DNA from: Heterodontus francisci
Lineage: Eukaryota
Length of the DNA: 64,000 bases
Assembly: GCF_036365525.1 (NCBI RefSeq)
Contig: NC_090404.1
Location: forward strand, 10,044,001-10,108,000
Reading direction: 5' to 3'
A program made the translations under genes and the position numbers. The notes beneath the pieces are model-generated. The model saw nothing but the letters and a program-made list of their open reading frames with translations, was not told the origin of the DNA and made no database searches. Shown here piece by piece: positions 1 through 13,599 of this stretch; positions within the stretch are counted from its first letter, which is position 1, and each line of letters opens with the position of its first letter.

Positions 1-630
1 CATCGCTGCATTTTTCCAGTCCTGACAACATCCTCGTAAATCACCTGTATACCCTCTCTCGTGCAATTACGAACTTTCTGTAATATGGTGACCAGAACTG
101 CACACAGTACTCAAGTTGTGGCCTAACCAATGAGTTATGCAGTTCCAGCATAACCTCCCTACTCTTATATTCTATAGCTCGGTAATAAAGGAAAGGATTC
201 CATATGCCTTCTTAACCACCTTATCGACCTGTCCTGCTACCTTCAGGGATCTATGGACATTCGCTCCAAGGTCCTTCACTTCCTCTACACCTCTCAGTAT
301 TTTCCCATTTTCCCCAAATGCATCACCTCACACTTCTCCAGGTTGAATTCCATTTGCCACTTTTCTGCCCATCTGACCAGACCATCAATATCTTCCTGCA
401 GCCTACAGCTATCCTCCTCACTATCTACCACATGGCCAATCTTTGTTTTGTCTGCAAATTTCTTGATCATGTCCCCTACATTTACGTCCAATCGTTCATC
501 TATACGACAAAAAGCAGAGAACCCAGTACTGAGCCCTGCGGAGCACCACTGGAAATAACCCTCCAGTCGCTGAAACAGCCGTCAACAATTACCCTTTGAT
601 TCCTGCCACTGAGTCAATTTTGTATCCTCC
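1..630 (-). mobile_element. CR1/HER1-type LINE ORF2 (RT) fragment
   Basis: ORF 294-491 reads KFADKTKIG...WQMEFNLEKCEVMHLG, typical of the CR1 RT C-terminal part. Confidence 0.9.
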
Positions 631-631
631 T

Positions 632-1800
632 TTTTCCACATGCTGTAGCTTCACCAGGTTGGCACCTCATTTTGAGGTATGCCTGGTGCTGGCATGGCCT
701 GGTCTCCTGCACTGATCATTGACCAGGGTTGATCCCCTGGCTTGGTAGTAATCCTGGAGTGTGGGAAATGCCGGGCCATGAGGTTACAAATTGTGGTTTA
801 ATACAATTCTGCTGCCGCTGATGGCCCACAGCATCTCATGGATGCCGAGGGTTGAGCTGCTAGATCTGTTCTAAATCTATCCCATTTAGCACGGTAGTGA
901 TGCCACACAACATGATTGAGGGTATCCTCAGTGTGAAGATGGGACTTCATTTCCACAAGAACTGTGCAGTGGTCAATCCTACCAGTACCATGATGGACAT
1001 ATGCATCTGAGACAGGTAGATTAGTGACTGCGAGGTCAAGTAGGCTTTTTCCCTCTTGTTGGTTCCCTCACCATCTGACACATCCCAGTCTGGCAAATAT
1101 GTCCTTCATGATTCGGCCAGTTTGTTTGGAAGTGGTGCTACTGAACCACTCTTGGTGATAGAAATTGGAGTCCCCCACCCAGACTGCATTCAGTGCCCTT
1201 GCCACCCTCAGTGCTGCTCTATGCAGAGTTCAATCTGGTGGAGTAATGATTCATCAGCTGAGGGAGGGCGGTAGGTGATAATCAGCAGGTGGTTTCCTTG
1301 CCAATTTCTGACCTGATGCCAAGAGACTTAAATGGATCCAGAGCCAACGTTGAGGGCAAGTCCCTCCCGATGGTATAACACTGTGCAGCCACCACTCGTG
1401 GCCGATGGGACAGGACATATCCAGGGATGGTGATAGAGGAATCTGGGACATTGACTGCAAGCAATGATTATGGGTGAGTATGACTATATCAAGATACTGC
1501 TTTATTAGTCTGTGGGAAAGTTCCCCCAATTTTGGCACAGGTCCCCAGATGTTCGTAAAGAAGACTTTGCAGGGTCGACAGGGCAGGATATGTCGGTGTT
1601 GGTTCCGGTGTCTACGTCGATGCTGTGTGGTCCAACTATGTGTTTATTTTTTACTTTTTTGTAGTAGTTTAATACAACTGAGTAGCTAGGCCCGGTCAGA
1701 GGGCAGTTAAGCATCAAGCATATTGCTGTGGGTCTGGCGTCACATGTAGGCCAGACCAGGTAAGTACGGCAGATTTCCTTCCCTGAAGGACATTAGTGAG
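632..1800 (-). mobile_element. Decayed APE-RT LINE of a second family ('family X'), 5' and endonuclease part
   Basis: ORF 1254-1538 PKLGELSHRLIKQYLDIVILT is an APE endonuclease start; homologous to 23480-25890. Confidence 0.75.
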
Positions 1801-1979
1801 CCTCTCTCAGTTATTATTGCACTAGACCATGCCCCTGGATGACATCATGGCTGATCCATATCTTAAATCTATCGACCCACATGTGGTCCGTAGCCTTGAA
1901 TACTCTGTCTAAACAAAGATCTGACAATCACTGTCGCAAATCAATCAGTAACAATGCCTTACCTTTTGAAGCTTTCTCT

Positions 1980-2895
1980 TTTTGAAGGGATTTGCTAGAG
2001 TTGATACCGAGACGCTGTTTCCGCTGGCATGACTGTCAGCAGCCAGACGACATAGATTTGGGAATATTGGCAAAAGAAGACAGGGGAGAGTACTTATCAG
2101 TCCAATTTTAAGAAAACAATTATCTTTAAAACAATCTGAAACAGAAATAAATAAATAATTAATAATGAAAATTGAATTTAGCTTAATCCACACTTTAGGA
2201 CGGATGTTAAGTTAAGACCGGTGGAGGCACGGTCAGTGAATGCTTTTAAGGCAGAGGTGGACAGATTCTTGACAAACAATTAAGTCAAAGAATGTCGGGG
2301 GTCGGCAGGAAAGTGGAGTTAGGTCCATAAACAGATTAGCCATGATCTTATAGAATGGTGGAGCAGGCGCAAGGGCCCGAATAGCCGACTCCTGCTCCTT
2401 GTTCATATTTAAGTCCTTAGAGATGGTGAAGTAGAGATTTACTGGAATTCGACCACGGGTGAGGGTGAGCTTTGTGCAGACTGGAGAAGCTGAGCATGTT
2501 CTCCTCAGAGCAGGAAAAGTAACAGGGTAATTTAAGACATGTTTTCCAAATTATGAAGGAGTTTGATATAGTTGATAGTGAGGTATTAATCACACTGACA
2601 GGGATGTCAGTAACCAGATGATACAGATTTAAGGTAATTAGCAAAATAAATGCAGAGGGGAGATAAGGAGATTATTTTAATATAACAAATTGTTATGATC
2701 TGGAATGCACAGGTTGGTGAAGCAGATTCAATAGTAACTTTCAAAAGGAACATGGATATACACATGGCAATGAAAAATTTTCAAGGCTTTAGAAAATCTC
2801 AGGAGGGGTGGCATGAATTAGATAGCTCTTTCAAAGAGACGGCATAGGCACGAATGGCTGAATGGTCTCCCTCAGTACCTTTTGATTTCATGATC
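1980..2895 (+). mobile_element. Two adjacent CR1-type LINE 3'-end fragments
   Basis: LFPL..RGH-type coding remnants and 3' tails gggcccgaatagccgactcctgctcct and ggctgaatggtctccctcagt. Confidence 0.75.
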
Positions 2896-3049
2896 CTATT
2901 CATCTATATTAAACTAAACGCATTCTTTGTAGCTTCAGCTACCCTTGAAGTTGCTATTTGTAATATTAATATGTGGACGTTGAATGGCAACCGTATATTC
3001 CAATGCAATTGTAACATAGTGGATTAAAAATGTCACCTGAACCCATTAG

Positions 3050-3470
3050 TCATTTTAATAGCAGCTTGGCTAAAGTGACTGGGCTTTGGTTTCAGAATCA
3101 GTAGATTGTGGATTTTACCTCCCTTTCAGAACCTGAGCATATTAACAGGTTTCCAATCGATGCAATGCTGAAAAGATATTATGTTTCCAGGGACATTGTT
3201 AGCAAGTGATCACTCCACCATCTCTTGTCTGGTGAGGTGGGCATTAAAACTCCCAAAGCCTCACACTATTTCCTGGTAAATATTCCTCTCTTCAACCAAG
3301 ATCTACAAAAACACATTAAGAGAGAGGATGCCAATTTGCTCCTTAACCGCCATTTCTGCCCTCAAATCGGCCACATTCATCTGAAATTGTTTGGACTTTA
3401 AATTCTTTGGGGGGCACAAAGTAGGCGATGAAGTGGGTCAGCAATGTAAGTTGCTTGGTGATGCATTAAT
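3050..3470 (+). mobile_element. Old DeuSINE/SacSINE1-like SINE, part of the duplicated module
   Basis: tRNA-like head gcagcttggctaaagtg...tcagaatcagtagattgtggattt; central block aggtgggcattaaaactccc...cctggtaaatattcctctc; paralogues at 37900-38310, 52110-52420 and (minus) 26340-26600, 36400-36570, 59320-59770. Confidence 0.6.
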
Positions 3471-3550
3471 ATGAGAAATAATAACTGACTTCGTCATTTT
3501 CACACTGGGTAACTGGCAATCTTTGACTCTGATGTTATGGCAAACTACGG

Positions 3551-3564
3551 CCACAAGGTGGCAG
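3551..3564 (+). promoter_or_regulatory. CTCF core motif (module copy)
   Basis: CCACAAGGTGGCAG resembles the consensus CCASYAGRKGGCRS; same position in five module copies. Confidence 0.55.
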
Positions 3565-3619
3565 TGCAAGCCGGACTGTTTATAGTCAGAGAGATTAATT
3601 ACGACGCAGGAATTTATGC

Positions 3620-5520
3620 CGGTTCTCTGTGGAACACTCCAGTCAGTCTTATTCCCCTGCTCTATTCTCGTAGCCATGCAATTTTATTTCCCGCAAGTGC
3701 CTCTCCAATTTCCTGTTGAAATCATTGACCGTCTCCACATCTATCACCCTCGTGGGCAGTGAGTTCTATGGCTTAATACGCGATGTGTAAAAAAAGTCGT
3801 CTTCACATCCTCTCGGTATCTCTTGCCCAGATCCTTCAATCGGTACCCCCTAGTCCTTGTACCATCAGCTAATGGTAACAGTTTTTTTTTCTTGTCTACC
3901 TTATCCAAACCTGTCAAAATCTTGTACACCTCTATTAAATCTAGATTCAATCTCTTACGCCAAGAGAACCACTCCAGCTTCTTCAAACTAGCCTTGTAAC
4001 CAAAATCCCCCATCCCTGGAACCATTGTGATAAATCTCTCCTGCACCCTCTCACGGCCGTTTCCATCCTTCTTAAAGTATGGTGACCAGAACCATACGCA
4101 ATAATGTAGTTGTGGCCTAACCGCAGCTTTATAAGGGTTCAACATAACGTCCCCTTTGTATTCACTACCTCTATTAATGAAGCCCCAAATCCTATATGTT
4201 TTACTAATGAATCTCCAAATAAGTCCTGCCACTTTAAAGATGTATGAGCATGTCCCCAGGTTCCATCTGTTCATGCACACCCTTTAGAACCAATATAGAG
4301 GAATTAACTTTACATTGCCTCTCCACATCCCTTCTGCCAAATTCAAAACCTCATACTTCTATGCTTTAAATTCCATTTGTCTGCCCATTCTGGTAGCCTA
4401 TCTAAGTCCAGTTGTATTCGATTTGTATCATCCTCTCGTTTAACACACCTCCATGTTTGGTACCATCAGCAAATTTTGAAATTTTAATCTTTATTCCAAT
4501 ATCCTTTATAAATGCATCAAAACAGCAGTCGTCCTTGCACTGACCCTTGGGGAACACCGCTCTCTGCCATCCTCCAGTCTGAAAAACATCATTTACCACG
4601 CCTCGTTATTTTCTGTCCTTAATCCAATTTTTCATCCAAACTGGCACTCACTTTCCTATTCCATGAGACTCAATTTGGTTAACCAGCCTTTTTTTGTAGC
4701 ACCCGAGGGCCTGTCTGATTATTATGCACTACACATTTATCTATTTACCTCGCACAGAATCATGCCTCTGCTTGAATTGCGCTAGACCCAGGAATAACAA
4801 ATTAAATAGTAATAACATAAAGACCTAGGGAAGTATGTACACCTGTCTATGTGGGTGGCAGGAAAATTTGATAACGCTGTTCAGACGGCATACATGATTC
4901 TTTTTTAAACTACATACATAGATTACAAATGCTAGGAATTTATTCCAAAAACTTTTTAGGCGCCAGCTGATGCATTGCATCCAATTCCAAGCACTACACT
5001 TTAGGGAAGACATTCACTCCTTAGAAGGGTACAGAGGGGATTCACTAGAATTCTACCAGGGACGAAACACTTCTGTTACATACAGAAGCTTGGAAAACTG
5101 GGATTTCTATATTTAGAGCAGTAATAGTTGAAGGGTGGTTTGATCGACGTGTTCAATATCATCAAGGGTATAGATGGAGAAAATGAGAAAAAGTTATTTC
5201 CTGTTTCCGAAGTGTTTGTATCCAAAGAGTACAGATGTAAGGCAAATGGCAAAAGAACAGTAGGAGACATGAGAAAAGTATGCAGCGAATTGTTGTGATC
5301 TGGAATGCACTGCCTCACATGTTGGTGGAAGCAGATTCAAAATAAGTGTTCAAAAGGGAATTGAATAACTAATTTAATAGGAAGAAATGCAAGACTATGA
5401 GTAAAGGGGGTAGGTAGTGGATCCGGGTTAATTGGATAGTTCTTACAAATTAGTGCCAGCACAAGCAATAATGGGCTGAATTGCCTCCTTCTGCACTGCA
5501 TCATTATTTGATTCTCTAAT
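3620..5520. mobile_element. CR1-type LINE fragments (3620-4700 minus; 4830-5520 plus)
   Basis: ORF 3744-4280 RPQLHYCVWFWSPY..ERVQERF; KFADGTKHGG; plus-strand 3' end with gggctgaattgcctccttctgcactg tail. Confidence 0.85.
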
Positions 5521-5529
5521 TCTATAATA

Positions 5530-5950
5530 CACAATGCCTGTGTTTATATTAGACTAGACCCTGTCTCAGTTATTATTGTATTGGACCATGACCCTGTTTA
5601 TATTATGTGAGACGCTGTCTCCGTTTATAGTACATTCGAACTTTCTCAATTATTGCTGCACTTGCCTCTGACTCAGTTTATATTAACCTGGGCCTTGTAT
5701 CAGTTATCATTGCACTAGAGAATGCCCCTGTTTATACTACACCAGACCATGACTTTGCTTATTTTACATTACTTCGTGCCTTAGGTGTTGCTGCACTAGA
5801 CAATGTCTCCCTTTGTATTACAATGGCCCACATTTTTGTTTATATTATACTAGATCCTATCTCAGTTATTACTGCACAAGATTTTTCAGTTAATATTGCA
5901 CTAAGACTTTTTTGATTACACTAGACCCAGGCACTGGTCACTAGAACCTG
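5530..5950 (+). repeat. Degenerate 27-bp satellite (CTAGACCCTGTCTCTGTTTATATTACA / CTAGACCCTGTCTCAGTTATTACTGCA)
   Basis: Repeated ctagaccctgtctc..ttatatta units at about 27-bp spacing. Confidence 0.85.
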
Positions 5951-6319
5951 GCGCTGCTGAGACTGCACCTTCTTTGTACAGTTTTGGTCACCTTATTTAA
6001 GGAGGGACATACTTACATTGGAAGCAATTCAGAGAAGGTTCACTAGGTTGATTCCTGGGACGTGGGGTTGCCTTTTGAAGAAAGATTGAGCATGTTGGAG
6101 TTTAGAAGATTAAGAGGTGATCTTATGAAACATATATGATTCGGAGGGTGCTTGACAGGATAGATTCTGAGAGGATGTTTCCCCTCGTGGGGGAATCCAA
6201 AACAAGTGGGCAAAGTTTCAAATATTAAGGTGTCTCCAATATGAGACGGAAAAGAGGAAGAATTTCTTCTCTCAGAGGGTGGTTAGTGTTTGGAATTCTC
6301 TTTTCCGACGAGCAGTGGG

Positions 6320-6654
6320 TATGAACTAGGATTAAGGAACAGGACGAAAGGTGAGCAATAGTGCACTGCACCTTACACTACTTAGTTGCAAATTCTGTTG
6401 TGTTAAAGTCTACTAATTCACCCTTGCATTGTACTGTGCCGATTGTTCAGGCTTGTTTTTCCTGCAGGATTTCTATTTGCTTTTGGCGTGGCCACTGATC
6501 ATATCAGACAGCATCTGGAACCGTGACCTCGGCCGAATGGGCTGCTGCAGGGTCCTAATCCCCCTCTGGTTATCATCCCACATACGATTAAGTGTGATCT
6601 TATTTGGGTATCTGTGTGCGTGTCTGTGTATATGGATTGTGCGTGTGCCTGTGA

Positions 6655-6721
<67 letters not shown>

Positions 6722-7040
6722 CGTGTTTGCGGGTGTCCTGGTGTGTGTGTGTTCAAGTGCACATGTGTGTCTGTGTGTGCGTGTGTGTGTGGTAGAAGGG
6801 GTTTGGGGGTGGGGGGTGGTGGGGTGACGTTGGTTTGCTGGTGGTGTGCCTAAAACACATCGTTCTTAATCCCTGCAATGCATCGCATCAAGATAAGCGA
6901 TTATCCCCACCAAGTATTTTTCAATCTAATCGCGTTGCAAACCGTTTTATACTGTTAACACTTATTGATAATCCGTTTTCTTGTGTGCTCTTTTTTTGAA
7001 AGCGATGTCACACTGACCATTCCATTGCTAAGGCAACTAC
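6320..7040 (+). other. Exon-like blocks of the duplicated module (A end, B 6468-6568, start of C)
   Basis: AAG|GTGAGC donor at 6351; ttttcctgcag| acceptor at 6467; homologous to minus-strand copies at 12430-13530, 16800-17600 and 21750-22290. Confidence 0.55.
6612..6790. repeat. (GT)n microsatellite
   Basis: Long perfect tg run at 6656-6717 with degenerate flanks. Confidence 0.97.
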
Positions 7041-8444
7041 GTCAGTCACTGAACTCACTGAACCTCTCTCCACTATCTCAAAGTCACTTAACTCGTTTAA
7101 CTCCCACCTCTCTCTGTCTCAAGGAGCAGCTGTCTTTATTAACCTCTCTCAGCTCTCTGTCAGAAAATACCTAATTGACTTAACCTCACTCGTCTCTCTG
7201 ACTGAGACAGCACCTATCTCACTTAATTTCTCTCCTCTCTGTCTGCCTCACATNNNNNNNNNNNNNNNNNNNNNNNNNNNNNNNNNNNNNNNNNNNNNNN
7301 NNNNNNNNNNNNNNNNNNNNNNNNNNNNNNNNNNNNNNNNNNNNNNNNNNNNNNNNNNNNNNNNNNNNNNNNNNNNNNNNNNNTATCTAAGAGATATTTT
7401 ACAGTGCAGCAGTGAATAAGATAGGACCTTGTGTAATATAAAAAGTGATAGGANNNNNNNNNNNNNNNNNNNNNNNNNNNNNNNNNNNNNNNNNNNNNNN
7501 NNNNNNNNNNNNNNNNNNNNNNNNNNNNNNNNNNNNNNNNNNNNNNNNNNNNNNNNNNNNNNNNNNNNNNNNNNNNNNNNNNNNNNNNNNNNNNNNNNNN
7601 NNNNNNNNNNNNNNNNNNNNNNNNNNNNNNNNNNNNNNNNNNNNNNNNNNNNNNNNNNNNNNNNNNNNNNNNNNNNNNNNNNNNNNNNNNNNNNNNNNNN
7701 NNNNNNNNNNNNNNNNNNNNNNNNNNNNNNNNNNNNNAATTCATGTTTTAACTTTTTTCCTAATTTCTCCCAGCTATAACCCTCAGTTCATCTTCCTCTT
7801 CAGTAATTACGTTAAAACTCAAATAAGCTCATGTGCTTTATTCTTTAAAATGTGAATGGAGGTAAATGTAATGTTGAGGCCAGAAGTATTCTGTGTGCTG
7901 GTTCTTGGTGCTGTTAAGAGTGAATCCACCCTCACAGGCAGGAAGACTGTTCATGTTGATAACATGAAACTGATGCCTGCTATTTCATTCTCAGGCAACA
8001 CAACTTCCTGTTTCATGCTGTCGGTTCCAAACCGCACATCTCACTTCTGAGCAGAAATTAAATCCAGGGGCCACAATCTGGTGGAAACATCTGCCAAGGC
8101 GGCCTATATCTGTCCACAGAGTCGTTGCAGAGTCACACAGATCACATTGTGGTGACATTTACAAAAGAACCTGTTGTTTCTATTTCGAGTCTCCATTCCC
8201 GGACATAACTGACGGTGTCTGTGGATCAGTCACTGAGCTCCCTCTGTACCCTGAAGCCAGGGCGTGGGGGTATTAGTTTGCTCCCCTTCATTTTATATCA
8301 TTCCACCTGCGTGCTCCCTTTTCCACTTTTTCTCAGTTATTATCTCTTATCGCCTCATGGCTTTTCACCTTTATTGAGATCTCCCTCTCGCATTAGTTTT
8401 TTGCAGTCTGTCGTTTGTTCTCCCTGAACCTTTCACCATCTCTG

Positions 8445-10570
8445 TGTTTGATAGAGGTGTTCAAAACCATGAACGTTTTTGATAGACCAATTAGGACAAA
8501 CCGTTTCCAATGGCAGAAGGAGCAGAAAGCAGAGGGCACAGATCTAAGGCATAAGAACATGAGGGAGATGAGGAGTAATCCTTTTATAAAGCGAGTTGTT
8601 ATGAGCTGAATACACTGCCTGAAAGGGCGGTGGAAGCAGGTTCAATATTATCTTCCAAAAATCAATGGATAAATATCTACAGGGCTTAAAATTTGCAGGG
8701 CAACGAGAATTGTGACTAATTTGATAACTTGTTGAAAGAACCAGCACAGCACAATGGGCTGAATGGACTTTCTCTGTGCTGCATGATTCTAAGACACTCT
8801 GATGCTCTGTCTCCCTCGGTATTTATATACTTCCTTGTCTCAGCACCATTTCTGTATCGACGTTTGTCCCTCCTTGATCCTGAATAAAATATGATAATTA
8901 GATTTCCTCATCAGCTAATCATGTCCTTTGAAAGTACTTGTTTGTGTGGAGAGGGTTGATGCAGACATTGTAGTTAAAGAGGAGGAGTGTGAAATATTAG
9001 ATACAATAAGCATAATGAGAGAGGAAGTACTAGAGGGTCTGGCATCCTTGAAAGTGGATTAATCGACAGGGCCAAATGGATTGTATCCCAGGTTGTTACA
9101 GGAAGCCAGGGAGGAAATAGCGGATGTGCTGAGAATCATCTTCAAATCCACACTAGATACAGCAGAGGTCTGGGAACGTTGTACCATTGATTAAAATGGG
9201 TACAGGAATAGGCCAAATAATCAGACCGACCCTGGTGGTGGGTAAATTGTTAGAATCGATTCTGAGGGATAGGATAAACTGCCACTTAGAATGGCACGGA
9301 TTAATCAGCGATAGTCAGCATGGATTTCTTAGGGAAGATCGTGTCTTACTCAGTTAATTGAGTTTTTTGAGGAAGTGACAAGGAGGATTGATGAGAGTAG
9401 TGCAGTGGTTGTGGTCTACATGGATCTTGGTCAGGCATTTGACAAGGTTCCACATGGCAGACTGGTCAGTAAAGTGAAAGCCCATGGGATACAGGGGAGT
9501 GTTGATTATTATACAAAGACATCTTGCATCTAGTTTTACCTTAGATCCTGCATCTGTTATTACTGAACGAGTCCATATGTCTGATTATATCACATTAGGT
9601 CCTGTCTCTGTTATGCCTGCACGAGCCCATGTTTCTGTTGGTTATGGCAGCTTGGATCCAGAGTTGGCTCAGGGACAGGAAACAAAGTGTAGCAGTCGAC
9701 GTATTTTTTTTTTTTGTGAATGGAAGGCTGTTTCCAGTGGCGTTCCATAGGCGTCAGTAGTGGGTCCGTTGCTGTTTGTGGTATATATCAATGATTTTGA
9801 CTTAAATATAGGAGGCATGATTGGGAAATTTGCTAATGACACAAAATTTAGCCGTGTAGTTAATAGTGAAGAGGGTAGCCGACGCCGTAGACTCCAGAAT
9901 GATATCAATGGTTTGGTTGAGTGGGCGGAGAAGTGGCAAATGGAATTCAATCCCGAGAAGTGTGAGGTAATGCATTTGGGGAGGGCAAATCAAACGAGGG
10001 AATGCACAAAAATGGGAGGATATTGAGAGGGGTAGAAGAAGTGATAGACCTTGGAGTGCATGTCCACAGATCCCTAAAAATGGCAAGACAGGTAGATAGA
10101 GTGGTGAAGAAGGCATGTGGAATGCTTTCCTTCATTGACTGAGATACAGAATACAAAATCAGGGATGCAATGCTGGAACTGTTTAAAACGCTGGTTAGGC
10201 CACAGTTGGAGCACTGCGTACAGTTCTGGTCACTACATTACAGAAAGGACATAATTGTCCTGGAGAGAGTACAGAGGAGATTTACAAGAATGTTGCTAGG
10301 GCTTGAACGTTGAGGAAAGATTGGATAGGCTAGGGTCGTTTTCCCTAAAAGAGAGGGGGCTGAAGGGTGACTTAATTGAGGTGTAAAAAATTATAAGGGG
10401 CCTAGATAGAGTAGACAGGAAGGACCTGTTTCCCCTCGCGGAGAGGTCAGTTACCAGGAGGCACAGATTTAAGGTGATTGGTAGAAGGATTAGAGGAAAT
10501 ATGAGGAAAAACGTTTTCGCCCAAAGGGTGGTGGGTGTCTGGAATTCACTGCCAGGAACGGTGGTGAATT
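8445..10570 (+). mobile_element. CR1/HER1-type LINE fragments (3' piece 8445-8800; RT to 3' piece 8960-10570)
   Basis: GPLLFVVYINDFD..KFANDTK..WQMEFNPEKCEVMHLG (ORF 9760-10026). Confidence 0.9.
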
Positions 10571-11269
10571 GCCAGGGTCTTTCAGAAGTTCATTAATATT
10601 TACAGATCAGCACTTTAAAGAAAATATCACGAAATATAATTTTGATCAGAGAATCACCACATTCCTTAATCTTTGAGACACTGAATTTTCTTCTGGTAAA
10701 TTTTAGAATGTTGATATTTTCAGACATAATGGGCCTCAAACAGAAGATTTAGAACAAGCTGTCAGATCCAGCTCAAGTGTGACTGTATAACTGGAGAACT
10801 GCAGGCAAGGATGAGAAGGAACAGATTACTTTCCATTCCTTTGACAAATTCACTATTGCCGCCTCAGATATCAGAAATCTCTAGAGTCTGCCATGTCCTC
10901 ATTGCCCCCCGCACCCTCGGTTATAACAGCTCTTAGTCAGGTGCAGTCAGTCACACGTGCCTCTGTCGTGATTTTTCCACTCTGATTTATCACACAACTC
11001 CCTGCATCACTCACCATAACATAGAAACCTGTACTAGACCCAAACCATCATTGCTTCCCTGCACCTTGTCTTCCTATTGCAATCGGGTGTTTATTAGTTC
11101 CCATGCATCCCTCAACGTAAGACTACCTGCAGTAAAACCAACCTCTGTCATTGATACACTGGAGTCGGCCTCTGTGATTATGATTATACCAGGCCCCAGT
11201 CTGCTCCGGACCCCGCAGTCATAACTTCCTTCACAAATCCAAGGGGGAAGAGTTTGTTTTTTTGAGGAG

Positions 11270-11530
11270 TGGGTGGGCACGTCAAAGTTGCAATGATATC
11301 CCAGGAACCCCTGCCTCTCTGGATGGAGAAACTGCCCAGAAGTGCTCCGTCTGTCATTACCCTCATTCCTGAGTCTAAGAAAACAGTAGGCAAGAGCATA
11401 GAAAAACTTGTATGTACACTGGCACTGGGAGCACTGGTCTCGGTTATGTGGTCGAGTCTCTGGAGTGGGGCTTGAACCACAACCTCCTGATTCGGGGTGA
11501 GAGTGTTACCAATTAGTCAATGCTGACATG
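11270..11530 (-). mobile_element. DeuSINE-like tRNA-derived SINE (5' part)
   Basis: Reverse complement reads ggtaacactctcaccccgaatcaggaggttgtggttcaagccccactccagagactcg (A/B box head). Confidence 0.75.
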
Positions 11531-11539
11531 ATCTGTTCC

Positions 11540-12400
11540 CAGTTCCCATTACACGAGACCATGCCTGTGTTATTACACTAACCCGAGCCCAGTCACACTG
11601 CAGTGGTCCTTAACTCTGATATTAGGAATTAGACAAACGCATGTTCTGTTATATCGATAGGCCCTGCCTCACACGTACTATTGTTTAAGACCCAAACATT
11701 GGTTTTGATGCACTAATCACTGACTGTATTACCATTACATTGGAACCGGTGATGTGCTCAGTACTTCAGCCTTCCTCTGTTATTATTCGATCAAACACTG
11801 TCTTTGTTACACTCAAAGGAAGCCATGCTTTTGCTGTTACCACTCTAGGCCCTGTCTCCACTCTGACTGTATTAGTCTGTGCCCCTGTAATTGCTAAACT
11901 GAGACCCTGCCACCTTTATTATTAGAAAATAACCTGCCTGTTATTCCAGTTCGAGTGCCCGGCTCTATTATTATTAATACTGGATGCATTTTCCCTGTCA
12001 GTGTTCAATATGATCCTACTTCTGGTATTGTTAAAGTTGACCCTGCTTCTGTTACTGGTTCACTGCGACCACTTTCACTTACATTTTTAACCAATTATTA
12101 TTTCAATTATTATTATACAAAGACATGTTTCATGTAGTTTGACCTTAGATCCTGCTTCTATTTTTGCTGAACTAGTCCATATATCTGATTATATCACACT
12201 AGTTCCTGTCTCTGTTATTCCTACACTAGCCCATGTTTCTGTTGGTTGTCGCAGATCCTGTCTCTGTTATTACAGCACTAGACCATAGCTCTGTTTATAT
12301 TCACCAGTAGTATCTCTGTTATACTGCACTAGCCCATGTCTGTTCATATTACACCAGGTCCTGTATTTGTCTCATTTTACATTGGACTATATAAGCTATA
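11540..12400 (+). repeat. Degenerate 27-bp satellite array
   Basis: ctagaccat/ccctgtctctgttattaca units. Confidence 0.8.
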
Positions 12401-12429
12401 CAGTACACAAAAAGACAATTCCGCCCAAA

Positions 12430-13530
12430 AATATTGAGAGAGCTTGGGTTGGAAATAATGAAGGTAACAGTCAGAAAAGAAACTATGGAAACAGAAGCAA
12501 TGCAAAGTTCTCTGGAGAGAAGCACGTGTTTCATTCCTTTGCAAACAAAAGGAATGATAAGTCAGAATTTTACAGGGTTATTAACTGCACGTCAGGTATA
12601 GATACAGCTTCTTTTTTTACCATCACTTGCACAAATCATCATACGCTCAAGGTATATATTAGGAGTTTCTGTGTGATGCTGAGATGATTGCTTGACAATA
12701 AAACACAGACTGTTGGCGCATTATCCCCCGTCTGATTTAATCCATTTTCCAACTGAATAGTGGGGACAGGCAGGGTTGCCTTGGTCAAGGAATAGTCAGT
12801 GTGTCATCGCTTTCTAAACAAGATCAAATAATCTGTTATCAATAAATGTTGATGGTAGTAAAAGATTTGCAATTACAGTATTAATAAATGAACATTATAT
12901 GCCGAAACAAAATTTTGGAAGATAATCATTCATCTTTTTGTGNNNNNNNNNNNNNNNNNNNNNNNNNNNNNNNNNNNNNNNNNNNNNNNNNNNNNNNNNN
13001 NNNNNNNNNNNNNNNNNNNNNNNNNNNNNNNNNNNNNNNNNNNNNNNNNNNNNNNNNNNNNNNNNNNNNNNNNNNNNNNNNNCTGTTGTTCCTCTTTACC
13101 AGATGAGAGAGTTGGTGATGGGCTTTAGGACCCTGCGGCAATCCATATGGCAGTGCTGTGTCGTTCCTGTTCTCGGCTCTGCTTAACAAAATCAATGGGT
13201 CAGATGAGAGCTAAATAGAAAGTCTTGCAGGAAAAAAAGCTCCTTATCATTAAAAAAGTGAGCAATGAGCACAGTACAACATAAGTGTTAATTAATAAAT
13301 TTTAACACAACTGAGTTTTTCACTCAGTAGCGTAAAGTGTATTGCACTATTGCTCACCTGTGTTCCTATCCCTCAATCTCAGTTCATCTCTTGGAGATTG
13401 TTACAAGATTCACCTCATCATTTAAACACAAATATTACCCACAAAATAACAGAGAAATTAGAAATTGTGCACGGTTGTTGATATTTATTAACATGATTGA
13501 ACATATTCTTACAACCAAAAAATAATTGCA
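12430..13530 (-). other. Module exon-like blocks A-B-C (with an N gap in the B-C interval)
   Basis: A ends CAG|GTGAGC (13357); B about 13100-13223 ends CTG|GTAAAG; C starts cttgtttag|aaagcg at about 12813. Confidence 0.6.
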
Positions 13531-13599
13531 TCCTTCAGCCTAGTCAAAAAAACTTTACTGATAATACTATCTATCTATCCAACAGTGTAATTGTACAGT

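Noticed and set aside
6429-7855. ORFs over (GT)n and N runs
   Set aside because: Artefacts of the microsatellite and assembly gaps (gaps at 7254-7383, 7454-7737, 12943-13082, 17619-17864, 56686-56826)
8143-8170. 12-RSS-like CACATTG...ACAAAAGAA
   Set aside because: The spacer is 11 nt, both elements mismatch, and there is no adjacent coding segment
10720-10910. Very decayed plus-strand V exon (QLKCD..SFDK..IRNL..ESAM)
   Set aside because: Motifs fall in different frames with no WYRQ, YYC or RSS; not distinguishable from chance
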